From positions 1-64,000 of the forward strand of contig CAVYSE010000017.1 in the NCBI GenBank assembly GCA_963771075.1: a DNA stretch of 64,000 nucleotides, given 5' to 3'. Made by a program: the position numbers and the translations under genes. Position 1 is the stretch's first letter. The number at the start of each line of letters is the position of its first letter. Of the stretch, positions 63,518-64,000 are shown one piece after another. The notes under the pieces are model-generated. The model saw nothing but the letters and a program-made list of their open reading frames with translations, did no database searches and was not told the origin of the DNA. This DNA is from a candidate division FCPU426 bacterium. GTDB taxonomy: Bacteria; Oederibacteriota; Muellerivitia; Muellerivitales; Muellerivitaceae.

Positions 63518-63886
63518 TTACTTCGCTGCCGGCGGCGCCTGCAGGGTGCGGAGGTATTGGACCACGTCGGCGATTTCCTGCGCCGTCAGCTTGCCGGTGT
63601 ACTTCGGCATTTTCTTCTTGCCGGCTGTGACGATCTTGATGGTGGCGTCATCGGTCAATTTAGCCGCCGTGGAGCTGGTCAGATCCAAGGCCGAGGCGTC
63701 CACTTTTAGCATCTTGGACATTTTGGCCACGCCCTTGCCGTCCTTGCCGTGGCACGAAGTGCACTTGGCGCCGTAATCTTTTTGTGCGGCCGTCATGTCC
63801 GCCCCTTGGGCGTAAGTGGAGGTGAAAAGCAGTACTGAAAAAAGAATGCTTAAGAAAGCCACGATTTCCCTGATATGCTGTTTCAT
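63518..63886 (-). CDS. Monoheme cytochrome c (paralog of 53105-53470)
   Basis: Signal peptide, CTSCH, KMPKY. Confidence 0.9.
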   Translation of the reverse strand: MKQHIREIVAFLSILFSVLLFTSTYAQGADMTAAQKDYGAKCTSCHGKDGKGVAKMSKMLKVDASALDLTSSTAAKLTDDATIKIVTAGKKKMPKYTGKLTAQEIADVVQYLRTLQAPPAAK

Positions 63887-64000
63887 GTTTTTCTCCTGTT
63901 AAAAATGATGAATAAACGCGGCCTAAAAGCGCTTGACTTGGGAACGTTCAAAGGCGTTTCGCGCTCTTTAGTTGAACGAATTCTACTTGCGGCTCAAAAG

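Overview
Bacterial chromosomal window from an LPS-producing (diderm) organism. All but one of the credible genes lie on the minus strand. The many secreted proteins with Thr-Pro linkers and FlgD-like C-termini are reminiscent of candidate phylum FCPU426, but that taxonomy is only an inference. Left to right there are five regions. (1) 1-11.7 kb is a variable surface-protein region: a CBM3-like Thr/Pro protein missed by the ORF track, a 1500-aa DUF11/FlgD-like protein, two orphan homologous N-terminal modules, an ISL3 element with an 8-bp target duplication, a MITE, and an 858-bp duplicated 3' part of a GT9 gene. (2) 11.7-24.7 kb is a lipid A/LPS core cluster (five GT9s, GT4, pyruvyltransferase, lpxK, waaA, lpxB) with ilvE embedded. 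(3) 24.8-39.7 kb holds rnhA, rnpB, murA, hisDCBHAF, hisI and trpEG, with an unannotated TrpL-like leader peptide and anti-SD stem between hisI and trpE. (4) 39.8-50 kb holds an EAL protein, kdsA, pyrG, a heptose-adenylyltransferase/KdsB fusion, phosphoesterases and an acyltransferase. (5) 50.3-63.9 kb is a putative extracellular electron transfer island with 23 CxxCH motifs: an MtrA/MtrB-type porin-cytochrome pair without MtrC, followed instead by a heme-free CBM-like lipoprotein, plus three different quinone-pool interfaces, three monoheme cytochromes, TatA and a shared paired-palindrome operator. Two single-base frameshifts in housekeeping genes suggest some indel sequencing error, so all frameshift calls need read-level checks.
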